Assembly: GCF_036507355.1 (NCBI RefSeq)
Contig: NZ_AP027877.1
Length of the DNA: 64,000 nt
DNA from: Escherichia coli
GTDB taxonomy: Bacteria; Pseudomonadota; Gammaproteobacteria; Enterobacterales; Enterobacteriaceae
Direction: 5' to 3' (one strand)
Below are positions 1 through 10,961 of the stretch, piece by piece (position 1 is the first letter of the stretch; every line of letters starts with the position of its first letter). Under the pieces are notes generated by a model. It made no database searches, had not been told where the DNA came from, and was given only the letters and a program-made list of their open reading frames with translations. The translations under genes and the position numbers were made by a program.

Positions 1-163
1 ACGCAGCAAGTTCCCAAAGGCTCCAGCGGAACGCCGATTGAATGGGCGATTGATGGCGAAACCACGTCGCTTCACTACCAGGCGAGTTATGTGGTCGTCA
101 ACACTCAGGCCACTGGTGGCACAGCGAATGCCCTTGTCAATTTTTCCATCACCTATGAGTAAG
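1..163 (+). CDS. 3' end of an upstream CDS (partial); C-terminus resembles a fimbrial subunit, possibly the lpf operon tail
   Basis: Open frame runs from the window edge to TAA at 161-163; C-terminal ...GGTANALVNFSITYE resembles a fimbrial beta-strand tail; lpf lies next to eptB in some E. coli (memory). Confidence 0.3.
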
Positions 164-416
164 TTACTGGGCCAGCATCCTGGCCCAACCTATCTCTGAA
201 TAGTCGTTAATCCGTTAAAATGGTCTATTCCGGACTTGCACTTTTGTAAATTTGTGCTTCATGCACACTCTTTCCCCACACTTTTTCCCTTTGCTGTGGT
301 CTACTTATTCGCGCGTGTAGATTTTACTTATCTGACTACCTCCGCACTTTTCCCCTGCTGGGCCTGAAAAGCCGCTAAGCAGGGTGTTATCACCTGTTTG
401 TCCAGGGTTTGTTTGC

Positions 417-2108
417 ATGAGATACATCAAATCGATTACACAGCAGAAGCTGAGCTTTTTGCTTGCAATCTATATTGGCCTTTTTATGAATGGCGCGGTT
501 TTTTACCGCCGCTTCGGCAGCTATGCGCACGATTTTACCGTCTGGAAAGGCATTTCTGCTGTTGTTGAACTGGCCGCCACCGTACTGGTAACCTTCTTTT
601 TACTACGTCTTCTTTCGCTGTTTGGCCGCCGCAGCTGGCGTATTCTGGCATCGCTGGTTGTGCTCTTTTCCGCAGGTGCCAGCTATTACATGACCTTCCT
701 TAATGTGGTCATTGGTTATGGCATCATCGCTTCCGTCATGACCACCGATATCGACCTGTCAAAAGAAGTTGTTGGTCTGAACTTTATTCTCTGGTTAATC
801 GCCGTTAGCGCATTGCCTCTTATCCTTATCTGGAATAACCGCTGTCGCTACACCTTGCTCCGACAACTGCGAACCCCAGGGCAGCGTATTCGCAGCCTGG
901 CGGTCGTCGTACTGGCGGGAATTATGGTTTGGGCACCGATTCGTTTGCTGGATATCCAGCAGAAGAAAGTGGAGAGGGCGACCGGCGTTGATTTGCCGAG
1001 TTATGGCGGTGTCGTAGCGAACTCTTATCTGCCATCAAACTGGCTTTCTGCGTTGGGGCTGTACGCCTGGGCGCGGGTCGATGAATCTTCCGATAATAAT
1101 TCATTGCTTAACCCGGCGAAGAAATTCACTTATCAGGCACCGCAAAATGTTAATGACACTTATGTCGTGTTTATCATCGGTGAAACCACGCGTTGGGACC
1201 ATATGGGCATTTTCGGCTATGAGCGTAATACCACGCCGAAGCTGGCCCAGGAGAAAAATCTGGCGGCGTTCCGTGGTTACTCCTGTGACACCGCAACCAA
1301 ACTCTCTCTGCGTTGCATGTTTGTACGTCAGGGGGGCGCGGAAGATAATCCGCAGCGCACATTAAAAGAACAGAACATTTTCGCGGTACTGAAGCAGTTA
1401 GGATTCAGTTCTGACCTCTACGCCATGCAGAGCGAAATGTGGTTCTACAGCAATACGATGGCGGATAATATTGCTTACCGTGAACAGATTGGTGCGGAGC
1501 CACGTAACCGTGGCAAGCCGGTAGATGATATGTTGCTGGTAGACGAAATGCAGCAATCGCTGGGGCGCAACCCGGATGGTAAGCATCTAATCATTCTGCA
1601 TACCAAAGGTTCGCACTTTAACTACACCCAGCGTTACCCGCGCAGCTTTGCGCAGTGGAAGCCGGAATGTATTGGTGTTGATAGCGGATGTACCAAAGCG
1701 CAGATGATCAACTCCTATGACAACTCGGTGACCTATGTGGATCACTTTATCTCCAGTGTGATTGATCAGGTTCGCGATAAGAAAGCGATTGTGTTCTACG
1801 CAGCTGACCACGGCGAGTCAATTAATGAACGCGAGCACCTGCACGGCACGCCGCGTGAACTGGCACCGCCGGAGCAGTTCCGCGTACCGATGATGGTCTG
1901 GATGTCAGATAAATATCTGGAAAATCCGGTCAATGCGCAGGCGTTTGCGCAGCTGAAAAAAGCAGCCGACATGAAAGTGCCACGCCGTCACGTAGAGCTG
2001 TACGACACCATCATGGGTTGTCTTGGCTATACTTCACCGGATGGTGGAATTAACGAAAACAACAACTGGTGTCACATCCCGCAGACAAAAGAGGCAGCGG
2101 CTAACTAA
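417..2108 (+). CDS. eptB: Kdo(2)-lipid A phosphoethanolamine transferase
   Basis: ORF 384..2108; N-terminus [16 protein letters not shown] from ATG at 417 gives 563 aa; sulfatase/PEtN-transferase family. Confidence 0.9.
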   Translation: MRYIKSITQQKLSFLLAIYIGLFMNGAVFYRRFGSYAHDFTVWKGISAVVELAATVLVTFFLLRLLSLFGRRSWRILASLVVLFSAGASYYMTFLNVVIGYGIIASVMTTDIDLSKEVVGLNFILWLIAVSALPLILIWNNRCRYTLLRQLRTPGQRIRSLAVVVLAGIMVWAPIRLLDIQQKKVERATGVDLPSYGGVVANSYLPSNWLSALGLYAWARVDESSDNNSLLNPAKKFTYQAPQNVNDTYVVFIIGETTRWDHMGIFGYERNTTPKLAQEKNLAAFRGYSCDTATKLSLRCMFVRQGGAEDNPQRTLKEQNIFAVLKQLGFSSDLYAMQSEMWFYSNTMADNIAYREQIGAEPRNRGKPVDDMLLVDEMQQSLGRNPDGKHLIILHTKGSHFNYTQRYPRSFAQWKPECIGVDSGCTKAQMINSYDNSVTYVDHFISSVIDQVRDKKAIVFYAADHGESINEREHLHGTPRELAPPEQFRVPMMVWMSDKYLENPVNAQAFAQLKKAADMKVPRRHVELYDTIMGCLGYTSPDGGINENNNWCHIPQTKEAAAN

Positions 2109-2199
2109 GAGGCCTGCTGACTTTCTCGCCGATCAAAAGGCATTTTGCTATTAAGGGATTGACGAGGGCGTATCTGCGCAGTAAGATGCGCCCCGCATT

Positions 2200-2276
<77 letters not shown>

Positions 2277-2283
2277 AATTCGA

Positions 2284-2311
2284 AAAGCCTGCTCAACGAG
2301 CAGGCTTTTTT
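2284..2311 (+). terminator. Rho-independent terminator after proK
   Basis: Stem AGCCTGCTC-AACG-AGCAGGCT followed by a T-run. Confidence 0.8.
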
Positions 2312-2368
2312 GCATCTGCAGCCCATGAGGAAGAGAACCTCCGGGGGCAGGGAGGTTCGACTCGACGT

Positions 2369-2454
2369 AGGCCTGATAAGACGCGTCAGCGTCGCATCAG
2401 GCAACGGCACCGCACTTATTGTCGGATGCGGCGCGACCGCCTTATTCGACCTAC
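2369..2454. repeat. REP/BIME palindromic units
   Basis: GCCTGATAAGACGCGTCAGCGTCGCATCAGGC and GTCGGATGCGGCGCGACCGCCTTATTCGACCTAC motifs. Confidence 0.75.
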
Positions 2455-2974
2455 ACACCACACATTTCCCTGCCAAATTTGCGCCCCATATCTCACTATC
2501 CATTAACGGATTTGTGACAGAAACCATTGTCTTTTTTTATATTTGCTTAAATCTTTTTTTGCGTTACTTATGGCTGGCGCTGGCATTTTCCGCTGTGCGT
2601 TTTAGCGTTCATGGTATTAATCGCTCAGATATCCACCTTTTCCTCAGATTTTTTTCATTAAATGCATAAAACTTAATCACCAAATGTTGCTAAATATTAA
2701 GCTGATTGTTCTGGTCATGTTGGAGTAGCACAAATTTCTCTGCTGCAAATAGCTGTTTGAAGTTTTTTTAATCTTTGTTTGTGGATTCTCACCGTTGGTG
2801 TAAATCCCGGTTGGCTGTATTGACGTTTTCACATTCTGTTGACAGATTGTAGGTCACGAGGGGCATTTTATGGAGGATCCGCACTGTTACACTGATGTTA
2901 ATTAGTACGGCATCCCCACCTCATAACGTTGACCCGACCGGGCAAAAAACAAAAAAGGTCAGGCAGCGACAACC

Positions 2975-3015
2975 CACTGCAAAGGGTTAAAACAACAAAC
3001 ATCACAATTGGAGCA
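2975..3015 (+). promoter_or_regulatory. C/A-rich dppA leader, candidate GcvB sRNA target site, with ribosome-binding site
   Basis: AAAACAACAAACATCACAATTGGAGCAGAATA immediately upstream of dppA ATG; assignment is from knowledge of the dppA leader, not shown by sequence alone. Confidence 0.35.
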
Positions 3016-3020
3016 GAATA

Positions 3021-4628
3021 ATGCGTATTTCCTTGAAAAAGTCAGGGATGCTGAAGCTTGGTCTCAGCCTGGTGGCTATGACCGTCGCAGCAAGTGTTCA
3101 GGCTAAAACTCTGGTTTATTGCTCAGAAGGATCTCCGGAAGGGTTTAACCCGCAGCTGTTTACCTCCGGCACCACCTATGACGCCTCTTCCGTCCCGCTT
3201 TATAACCGTCTGGTTGAATTTAAAATCGGCACCACCGAAGTGATCCCGGGCCTCGCTGAAAAGTGGGAAGTCAGCGAAGACGGTAAAACCTATACCTTCC
3301 ATCTGCGTAAAGGTGTGAAGTGGCACGACAATAAAGAATTCAAACCGACGCGCGAAATGAACGCCGATGACGTGGTGTTCTCGTTTGATCGTCAGAAAAA
3401 CGCGCAAAACCCGTACCATAAAGTATCTGGCGGCAGCTACGAATACTTCGAAGGCATGGGCTTGCCAGAGCTGATCAGCGAAGTGAAAAAGGTGGACGAC
3501 AACACCGTTCAGTTTGTGCTGACTCGCCCGGAAGCGCCGTTCCTCGCTGACCTTGCAATGGACTTCGCCTCTATTCTGTCAAAAGAATATGCTGATGCGA
3601 TGATGAAAGCTGGTACACCGGAAAAACTGGACCTCAACCCAATCGGTACCGGTCCGTTCCAGTTACAGCAGTATCAAAAAGATTCCCGTATTCGCTACAA
3701 AGCGTTTGATGGCTACTGGGGCACCAAACCGCAGATCGATACGCTGGTCTTCTCTATTACCCCTGACGCTTCCGTGCGTTACGCTAAATTGCAGAAAAAT
3801 GAATGCCAGGTGATGCCGTACCCGAACCCGGCAGATATCGCTCGCATGAAGCAGGATAAATCCATCAATCTGATGGAAATGCCGGGGCTTAACGTCGGTT
3901 ATCTCTCGTATAACGTGCAGAAAAAACCACTCGATGACGTGAAAGTTCGCCAGGCTCTGACCTACGCGGTGAACAAAGATGCCATCATTAAAGCGGTTTA
4001 TCAGGGCGCGGGTGTATCAGCGAAAAACCTGATCCCGCCAACTATGTGGGGCTATAACGACGACGTTCAGGACTACACCTACGATCCTGAAAAAGCGAAA
4101 GCCTTGCTGAAAGAAGCGGGTCTGGAAAAAGGTTTCTCCATCGACCTGTGGGCGATGCCGGTACAACGTCCGTATAACCCGAACGCTCGCCGCATGGCGG
4201 AGATGATTCAGGCAGACTGGGCGAAAGTGGGCGTGCAGGCTAAAATCGTCACCTACGAATGGGGTGAGTACCTCAAGCGTGCGAAAGATGGCGAGCATCA
4301 GACGGTAATGATGGGCTGGACTGGCGATAACGGGGATCCGGATAACTTCTTCGCCACTCTGTTCAGCTGCGCCGCCTCTGAACAAGGCTCCAACTACTCA
4401 AAATGGTGCTACAAACCGTTTGAAGATCTGATTCAACCGGCGCGTGCTACCGACGACCATAACAAACGCGTTGAACTGTACAAGCAAGCGCAGGTGGTGA
4501 TGCACGATCAGGCTCCGGCACTGATCATCGCTCACTCCACCGTGTTTGAACCGGTACGCAAAGAAGTTAAAGGCTATGTGGTTGATCCATTAGGCAAACA
4601 TCACTTCGAAAACGTCTCTATCGAATAA
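3021..4628 (+). CDS. dppA: Dipeptide ABC transporter periplasmic binding protein
   Basis: 535 aa; signal peptide MRISLKKSGMLKLGLSLVAMTVAASVQA; family 5 substrate-binding protein. Confidence 0.95.
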   Translation: MRISLKKSGMLKLGLSLVAMTVAASVQAKTLVYCSEGSPEGFNPQLFTSGTTYDASSVPLYNRLVEFKIGTTEVIPGLAEKWEVSEDGKTYTFHLRKGVKWHDNKEFKPTREMNADDVVFSFDRQKNAQNPYHKVSGGSYEYFEGMGLPELISEVKKVDDNTVQFVLTRPEAPFLADLAMDFASILSKEYADAMMKAGTPEKLDLNPIGTGPFQLQQYQKDSRIRYKAFDGYWGTKPQIDTLVFSITPDASVRYAKLQKNECQVMPYPNPADIARMKQDKSINLMEMPGLNVGYLSYNVQKKPLDDVKVRQALTYAVNKDAIIKAVYQGAGVSAKNLIPPTMWGYNDDVQDYTYDPEKAKALLKEAGLEKGFSIDLWAMPVQRPYNPNARRMAEMIQADWAKVGVQAKIVTYEWGEYLKRAKDGEHQTVMMGWTGDNGDPDNFFATLFSCAASEQGSNYSKWCYKPFEDLIQPARATDDHNKRVELYKQAQVVMHDQAPALIIAHSTVFEPVRKEVKGYVVDPLGKHHFENVSIE

Positions 4629-4664
4629 TTAAAAGCCATACAAGACTGATGGCAAAGGCAAAAC

Positions 4665-4765
4665 TGCCTGATGCGCTCCGCTTATCAGGCCTACGAAAAT
4701 TCTGCAATGTATTGAGTTTGCACGATTTTGTAGGCAGGATAAGGCGTTAACGCCGCATCCGGCAT
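4665..4765. repeat. REP elements between dppA and dppB
   Basis: GCCTGATGCGCTCCGCTTATCAGGCCTAC and GTAGGCAGGATAAGGCGTTAACGCCGCATCCGGCAT. Confidence 0.75.
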
Positions 4766-4935
4766 AAACAAAGCGCTCTTTGTCAACAATCTGCATACCC
4801 GGTGGCGCTGTGCCTCTGCGTGCAGCGCCATCCGGCAGCAATACTTCATTCCCTGCCCGACCTGGGCGGGAATTGATTTGTGAGCAATACAGACACGCAG
4901 TTCCAGGCTGCGGGTCACTACAGAGAATCCGGGTT

Positions 4936-5955
4936 ATGTTGCAGTTTATTCTCCGACGTTTGGGACTCGTCATCCCCACGTTTATCGGTATTACCCTTCT
5001 CACATTTGCCTTTGTCCACATGATCCCGGGCGATCCGGTGATGATCATGGCGGGCGAGCGTGGGATCTCCCCAGAGCGTCACGCGCAGCTGCTGGCTGAA
5101 CTCGGCTTAGATAAACCGATGTGGCAGCAGTATCTCCATTACATTTGGGGCGTTATGCATGGCGATCTAGGCATTTCAATGAAAAGCCGCATCCCGGTTT
5201 GGGAAGAGTTCGTGCCGCGCTTTCAGGCCACGCTGGAACTTGGCGTCTGCGCGATGATTTTTGCTACGGCAGTCGGTATTCCGGTTGGTGTGCTGGCTGC
5301 GGTTAAACGCGGTTCCATTTTCGATCACACAGCGGTTGGCCTGGCGCTGACAGGTTATTCAATGCCTATCTTCTGGTGGGGAATGATGCTGATCATGCTG
5401 GTTTCGGTGCACTGGAACCTGACGCCCGTCTCCGGTCGTGTGAGTGACATGGTATTCCTCGATGATTCCAATCCGTTAACCGGTTTTATGCTGATCGACA
5501 CCGCCATCTGGGGTGAAGACGGCAACTTTATCGATGCCGTCGCCCATATGATCTTGCCCGCCATTGTGCTGGGTACCATCCCGCTGGCGGTCATTGTGCG
5601 TATGACGCGCTCCTCGATGCTGGAAGTGCTGGGTGAAGATTACATCCGCACCGCGCGCGCCAAAGGGTTGACCCGCATGCGGGTGATTATCGTCCATGCG
5701 CTGCGTAACGCGATGCTGCCGGTAGTGACCGTTATCGGCCTCCAGGTGGGAACATTGCTGGCGGGGGCGATTCTGACCGAAACCATCTTCTCGTGGCCCG
5801 GTCTGGGGCGCTGGTTGATTGACGCACTGCAACGCCGCGACTATCCGGTAGTGCAGGGCGGCGTATTGCTGGTGGCGACGATGATTATCCTCGTCAACCT
5901 GCTGGTCGATCTGCTGTACGGCGTGGTGAACCCGCGTATTCGTCATAAGAAGTAA
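4936..5955 (+). CDS. dppB: Dipeptide ABC transporter permease
   Basis: ORF 4780..5955 trimmed to ATG at 4936 (MLQFILRRLGLVIPTF), 339 aa. Confidence 0.9.
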   Translation: MLQFILRRLGLVIPTFIGITLLTFAFVHMIPGDPVMIMAGERGISPERHAQLLAELGLDKPMWQQYLHYIWGVMHGDLGISMKSRIPVWEEFVPRFQATLELGVCAMIFATAVGIPVGVLAAVKRGSIFDHTAVGLALTGYSMPIFWWGMMLIMLVSVHWNLTPVSGRVSDMVFLDDSNPLTGFMLIDTAIWGEDGNFIDAVAHMILPAIVLGTIPLAVIVRMTRSSMLEVLGEDYIRTARAKGLTRMRVIIVHALRNAMLPVVTVIGLQVGTLLAGAILTETIFSWPGLGRWLIDALQRRDYPVVQGGVLLVATMIILVNLLVDLLYGVVNPRIRHKK

Positions 5956-5964
5956 GGGGACATC

Positions 5965-6867
5965 ATGTCACAGGTTACTGAAAATAAAGTGATTAGCGCG
6001 CCGGTACCGATGACCCCTTTACAGGAGTTCTGGCACTATTTTAAACGCAACAAAGGCGCGGTCGTCGGGTTGGTTTACGTCGTCATCGTGCTGTTTATCG
6101 CGATCTTTGCCAACTGGATTGCGCCGTATAACCCGGCGGAACAGTTCCGCGATGCACTGCTCGCCCCGCCAGCCTGGCAGGAAGGCGGCAGCATGGCGCA
6201 CTTGCTGGGCACCGATGACGTAGGCCGTGATGTGCTGTCGCGGCTGATGTACGGCGCGCGCTTGTCGCTGCTGGTTGGCTGTCTGGTGGTGGTGTTATCG
6301 CTGATTATGGGCGTTATTCTCGGCCTGATCGCCGGTTACTTCGGCGGCCTGGTCGATAACATCATCATGCGCGTGGTCGATATCATGCTGGCGCTGCCAA
6401 GTCTGCTGTTGGCACTGGTGCTGGTGGCGATTTTCGGCCCGTCGATTGGTAACGCCGCGCTGGCGCTGACCTTTGTTGCCTTGCCGCACTATGTGCGCTT
6501 AACCCGCGCCGCCGTGCTGGTGGAAGTTAACCGCGATTACGTTACCGCGTCTCGCGTGGCAGGTGCCGGGGCGATGCGTCAGATGTTTATTAACATCTTC
6601 CCGAACTGCCTTGCGCCTCTGATTGTTCAGGCGTCGCTCGGTTTCTCTAACGCCATTCTCGATATGGCTGCTCTTGGTTTCCTCGGCATGGGGGCGCAGC
6701 CGCCAACACCAGAGTGGGGCACCATGCTCTCTGACGTGTTGCAGTTCGCGCAAAGCGCCTGGTGGGTCGTGACCTTCCCTGGTCTGGCGATCCTGCTGAC
6801 GGTGCTGGCATTTAACCTGATGGGTGACGGTCTGCGTGACGCGCTCGATCCCAAACTGAAGCAGTAA
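5965..6867 (+). CDS. dppC: Dipeptide ABC transporter permease
   Basis: 300 aa; polytopic membrane protein of the ABC permease family. Confidence 0.9.
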
Positions 6868-6877
6868 GAGGTTCGAG

Positions 6878-7861
6878 ATGGCGTTATTAAATGTAGATAA
6901 ATTATCGGTGCATTTCGGCGACGAAAGCGCACCGTTCCGCGCCGTAGACCGCATCAGCTACAGCGTGAAACAGGGCGAAGTGGTCGGGATTGTGGGTGAG
7001 TCCGGCTCTGGTAAGTCGGTCAGTTCACTGGCGATTATGGGGCTGATTGATTATCCGGGCCGCGTGATGGCGGAAAAGCTGGAGTTTAACGGTCAGGATT
7101 TGCAGCGTATCTCAGAAAAAGAGCGCCGCAATCTGGTGGGTGCCGAAGTGGCGATGATCTTCCAGGACCCGATGACCAGCCTTAACCCGTGCTACACCGT
7201 TGGTTTCCAGATTATGGAAGCGATTAAGGTGCATCAGGGCGGTAATAAGAGCACTCGCCGTCAGCGGGCGATTGACCTGCTGAATCAGGTCGGTATTCCC
7301 GATCCGGCATCGCGTCTGGATGTTTACCCGCATCAGCTTTCCGGCGGCATGAGCCAGCGCGTGATGATCGCCATGGCGATTGCCTGTCGGCCAAAACTGC
7401 TGATTGCCGATGAACCGACCACTGCGCTGGACGTGACCATTCAGGCGCAAATCATCGAACTACTGCTGGAGCTACAGCAGAAAGAGAACATGGCGCTGGT
7501 GTTAATTACCCATGACCTGGCGCTGGTGGCGGAAGCGGCACATAAAATCATCGTGATGTATGCCGGTCAGGTGGTGGAAACGGGCGATGCGCACGCCATC
7601 TTCCATGCGCCGCGTCACCCGTATACTCAGGCATTGCTGCGTGCGCTGCCGGAATTTGCTCAGGACAAAGAACGTCTGGCATCGTTGCCTGGCGTTGTTC
7701 CCGGCAAGTACGACCGCCCGAACGGCTGCCTGCTTAACCCGCGCTGCCCCTATGCCACTGACAGATGTCGCGCTGAAGAACCGGCGCTGAATATGCTCGC
7801 TGACGGGCGTCAGTCCAAATGCCATTACCCACTTGATGATGCCGGGAGGCCGACACTATGA
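6878..7861 (+). CDS. dppD: Dipeptide ABC transporter ATP-binding protein
   Basis: 327 aa; Walker A GESGSGKS, signature LSGGMSQR; 4-bp overlap with dppF. Confidence 0.9.
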
Positions 7862-8862
7862 GTACGCAAGAGGCCACCTCGCAACAACCGCTGTTGCAGG
7901 CTATCGACCTGAAAAAACATTATCCGGTGAAGAAAGGTATGTTCGCTCCGGAACGTCTGGTGAAGGCGCTGGACGGCGTTTCGTTTAACCTTGAACGTGG
8001 CAAAACGCTGGCGGTAGTAGGTGAATCTGGCTGCGGTAAATCGACCCTCGGTCGGTTGCTGACGATGATTGAAACGCCCACCGGCGGCGAGCTGTATTAC
8101 CAGGGGCAGGATCTGCTTAAGCACGATCCGCAGGCGCAGAAGCTGCGTCGGCAGAAAATCCAGATTGTCTTCCAGAACCCTTACGGTTCGCTGAATCCGC
8201 GTAAAAAAGTCGGGCAAATTCTTGAAGAGCCGCTGCTGATCAACACCAGCTTAAGCAAAGAACAGCGTCGGGAAAAAGCCCTGTCGATGATGGCGAAAGT
8301 CGGCCTGAAAACCGAGCACTATGACCGCTATCCGCATATGTTCTCCGGCGGACAACGTCAGCGTATCGCTATTGCCCGTGGTCTGATGCTCGACCCGGAC
8401 GTGGTGATTGCCGATGAACCGGTCTCCGCGCTGGACGTCTCGGTGCGTGCACAGGTGCTCAACCTGATGATGGATTTGCAGCAGGAACTGGGGCTTTCTT
8501 ATGTCTTCATCTCCCACGACCTGTCGGTGGTGGAGCACATTGCTGATGAAGTGATGGTGATGTACCTGGGCCGCTGCGTGGAGAAGGGAACGAAAGACCA
8601 AATCTTCAATAACCCGCGCCATCCGTACACTCAGGCGCTACTTTCCGCGACGCCGCGCCTGAATCCGGACGATCGCCGCGAGCGCATCAAACTCACCGGT
8701 GAACTGCCAAGCCCGCTGAATCCACCGCCGGGCTGCGCGTTTAATGCCCGCTGTCGTCGGCGCTTCGGCCCCTGCACCCAGTTGCAGCCGCAGCTAAAAG
8801 ACTACGGCGGTCAACTGGTAGCTTGTTTTGCTGTTGATCAGGATGAAAATCCGCAGCGTTAA
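7858..8862 (+). CDS. dppF: Dipeptide ABC transporter ATP-binding protein
   Basis: 334 aa; Walker [10 protein letters not shown], signature FSGGQRQR. Confidence 0.9.
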
Positions 8863-8891
8863 CTCACAAAACCGGGGCCATGCGCTCCGGT

Positions 8892-10163
8892 TTACTCAAT
8901 CAGCTTCAACAGTGGCGACAAGCATAGCAAAATGCCGTAAAGCAGAATCAGCCAGGCTTTAAATCCGCGAAGTTTTTCCAGTTGTGCGACTTTATAGATC
9001 AGGAAAAACGGAATGAGGCACGACACAATGCCATATAACGGGCTTCCCAACTGAAAGAACACCAGCACCGATACACGAAACGAAACCCAAATCGTCAACG
9101 TAATGACGATAAAAGCGCAGATCGCCAGAGTCAGCATGCGTGAGTTAATTTTCTTGGTATCAATAATTCGGCTTAACAGATTGAGAATAATGCCTTTAAT
9201 GGCCTCGTGGAAACCGAGATAAATGCCAAAGAATGCGGTCAGTACGGCAAAGATATTCAGCACCGTAGAGGTGATATGAATGATATGCCCAGGGATCACC
9301 TGCGCGGCCAGTGCCAGTGCCGAGATATTTTGTTCAAAGGCAGAAACGGCTTCTTCGTGGCTAATTGAGAAGGTAAACGAAAAGGCAAAAAACAGTATCA
9401 CCGCGATGAGCGTGATATAACTAATTCGGTGGGTACGCAGCGCGAGCCGGGTTGCCAGTACTTTATCCGCTTCCCGTTTACGATAGGCAATATTCATTGG
9501 GTTAAGTACCTGAATAAATACTGCAGAAAAGAAGCAAAATGGAATGGTAAGCAGGACATCGCGAAAAAAGACGGAGGCTTGCGGGAAGGCGGTTATATTG
9601 GCGAAATTCCAGTGCGGGATCATCGCAAAACCGAACACGACAATAATCCCTACTTTGACCACCACCATTGGCCCGGAAATCTTAAACAGTAATCGTTCAC
9701 CACCAGACGCAATCGCTACCAGTACGGCGAAAATAGCGACTTTATAAAGTAGAGATTGTGAAAGATCGGCATCGGTTAAACCGAAGGTTTTCAGGTACGA
9801 GGCGCTGTCGAAAACCACGGAGAGAGAGTAGATAAAAATCCCGTGGATAATCATCAAAAAGTAGATAACCCCGAGGAAAATTCCCCAGTTCTTCCCCAGG
9901 TAATGACTGATAATATCGGTGTAGTCATTACAGGAATCGCTTTCAGAAAGAGTTTTTAAATAAATGTCCTGCACTACCCAGGTGGCAGGATAAGCAATGA
10001 TCGCTGCGGTAATAAATACCCAAATTCCCTTCAAGCCAATTTGTACTGGCATCAGCACGGTTCCGGCACCAATCGCCATGCCTATGCATAATAAAACCCA
10101 GCCGAAGTCGTAGCGTGTAAACGGCAATTTCTGATCGTGTTTCGGTAGTGTGTTGTGCTGCAT
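8892..10163 (-). CDS. yhjV: Amino-acid permease family inner membrane transporter
   Basis: ORF 8892..10226 trimmed to [12 protein letters not shown] start (423 aa); polytopic membrane protein. Confidence 0.8.
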   Translation of the reverse strand: MQHNTLPKHDQKLPFTRYDFGWVLLCIGMAIGAGTVLMPVQIGLKGIWVFITAAIIAYPATWVVQDIYLKTLSESDSCNDYTDIISHYLGKNWGIFLGVIYFLMIIHGIFIYSLSVVFDSASYLKTFGLTDADLSQSLLYKVAIFAVLVAIASGGERLLFKISGPMVVVKVGIIVVFGFAMIPHWNFANITAFPQASVFFRDVLLTIPFCFFSAVFIQVLNPMNIAYRKREADKVLATRLALRTHRISYITLIAVILFFAFSFTFSISHEEAVSAFEQNISALALAAQVIPGHIIHITSTVLNIFAVLTAFFGIYLGFHEAIKGIILNLLSRIIDTKKINSRMLTLAICAFIVITLTIWVSFRVSVLVFFQLGSPLYGIVSCLIPFFLIYKVAQLEKLRGFKAWLILLYGILLCLSPLLKLIE

Positions 10164-10521
10164 AAAGTCCTGTCCAGAAAGAAGTCGGCCTCGCAAAAAT
10201 GAATAAACCCAGTTTCTCTTGCGCAACAGGTGGAGAAGTCGAATACGCAGTATGTAAAAAATGAGGCAACAGATTCACTGGGGAGGTCGCGAGGAGGCGC
10301 AATTCTACAAAATTGCGCATTTCACTACCAGTCTGGAGTCAGCCCGGATATGAACTGCAACTATTGCAAATTAAGAAATTAAGCTGGAAGGCATCACGCA
10401 ATGAGGAAGATTGCCGGGTGCTGACAGTAAAAAGCAATCGTAAAATTAGCGGCAAGCCGGAAGGGTTCCGGTGAGGCGCAATGTTGCGGGGGCTTAATCC
10501 CTGGTGGCATTGGTTGCTGGA

Positions 10522-10590
10522 GAGAGAAAACCCCCGCACGTTGCAGGTATGCACCTGACAACACCACGGGGGCTAATCTTGAACCTAGAC
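10522..10590 (-). ncRNA. rdlD: Rdl antisense sRNA (antitoxin of the ldrD type I toxin-antitoxin pair)
   Basis: Minus strand reads GTCTAGGTTCAAGATTAGCCCCCGTGGTGTTGTCAGGTGCATACCTGCAACGTGCGGGGGTTTTCTCTC with a terminal hairpin and U-run, about 50 nt upstream of ldrD on the opposite strand. Confidence 0.6.
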
Positions 10591-10638
10591 CACTCAAGAA
10601 TAGCCGCGAAACGTTGTCATTACAACACAGGCGGCTAT

Positions 10639-10746
10639 ATGACGCTCGCAGAACTGGGCATGGCCTTCTGGCATGATTTAGCGGCTCCGGTCATTGCTGG
10701 CATTCTTGCCAGTATGATCGTGAACTGGCTGAACAAGCGGAAGTAA
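10639..10746 (+). CDS. ldrD: Type I toxin LdrD, 35-aa membrane peptide
   Basis: [35 protein letters not shown] at the 3' end of track ORF 10504..10746. Confidence 0.85.
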   Translation: MTLAELGMAFWHDLAAPVIAGILASMIVNWLNKRK

Positions 10747-10749
10747 CGT

Positions 10750-10961
10750 GTCATGCGGGCGTCAGGCTGCCCTTTTTACAAAACCGCGATGCGCAGGCCG
10801 TTCAGCGCCAGCGCGTGGCCGATAACTTTCCCGGCAGCGATGCCTATTACAACTATGTGCTGACCCTGTTTGGACAAGGCTGGGATCAACACCGTTTCCG
10901 CTTCTCGACAAAAGGTGAGTTATTACCTGACTGGGGCCAGGAATGCGCAAATTCACACTAA
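10750..10961 (+). pseudogene. bcsZ: 3' remnant (about 70 codons) of endoglucanase bcsZ, lacking 5' portion and start
   Basis: Frame ending TAA 10959-10961 encodes ...[64 protein letters not shown], overlapping the bcsC start in the usual bcsZ-bcsC manner; nothing upstream except ldrD. Confidence 0.6.

Noticed and set aside
4780-4935. N-terminal extensions of track ORFs (dppB 4780, kdgK to 21044, pdeH 20883, gadA 33892, slp to 58808, chuV to 48032, gadE to 44024)
   Set aside because: The longest-ORF convention over-extends these; starts were trimmed to the Met that gives the canonical N-terminus, a signal peptide or a plausible ribosome-binding site
10504-10746. 80-aa ORF in the track
   Set aside because: Only the last 35 codons (from ATG 10639) correspond to the LdrD toxin; the upstream extension is the untranslated ldrD leader targeted by rdlD
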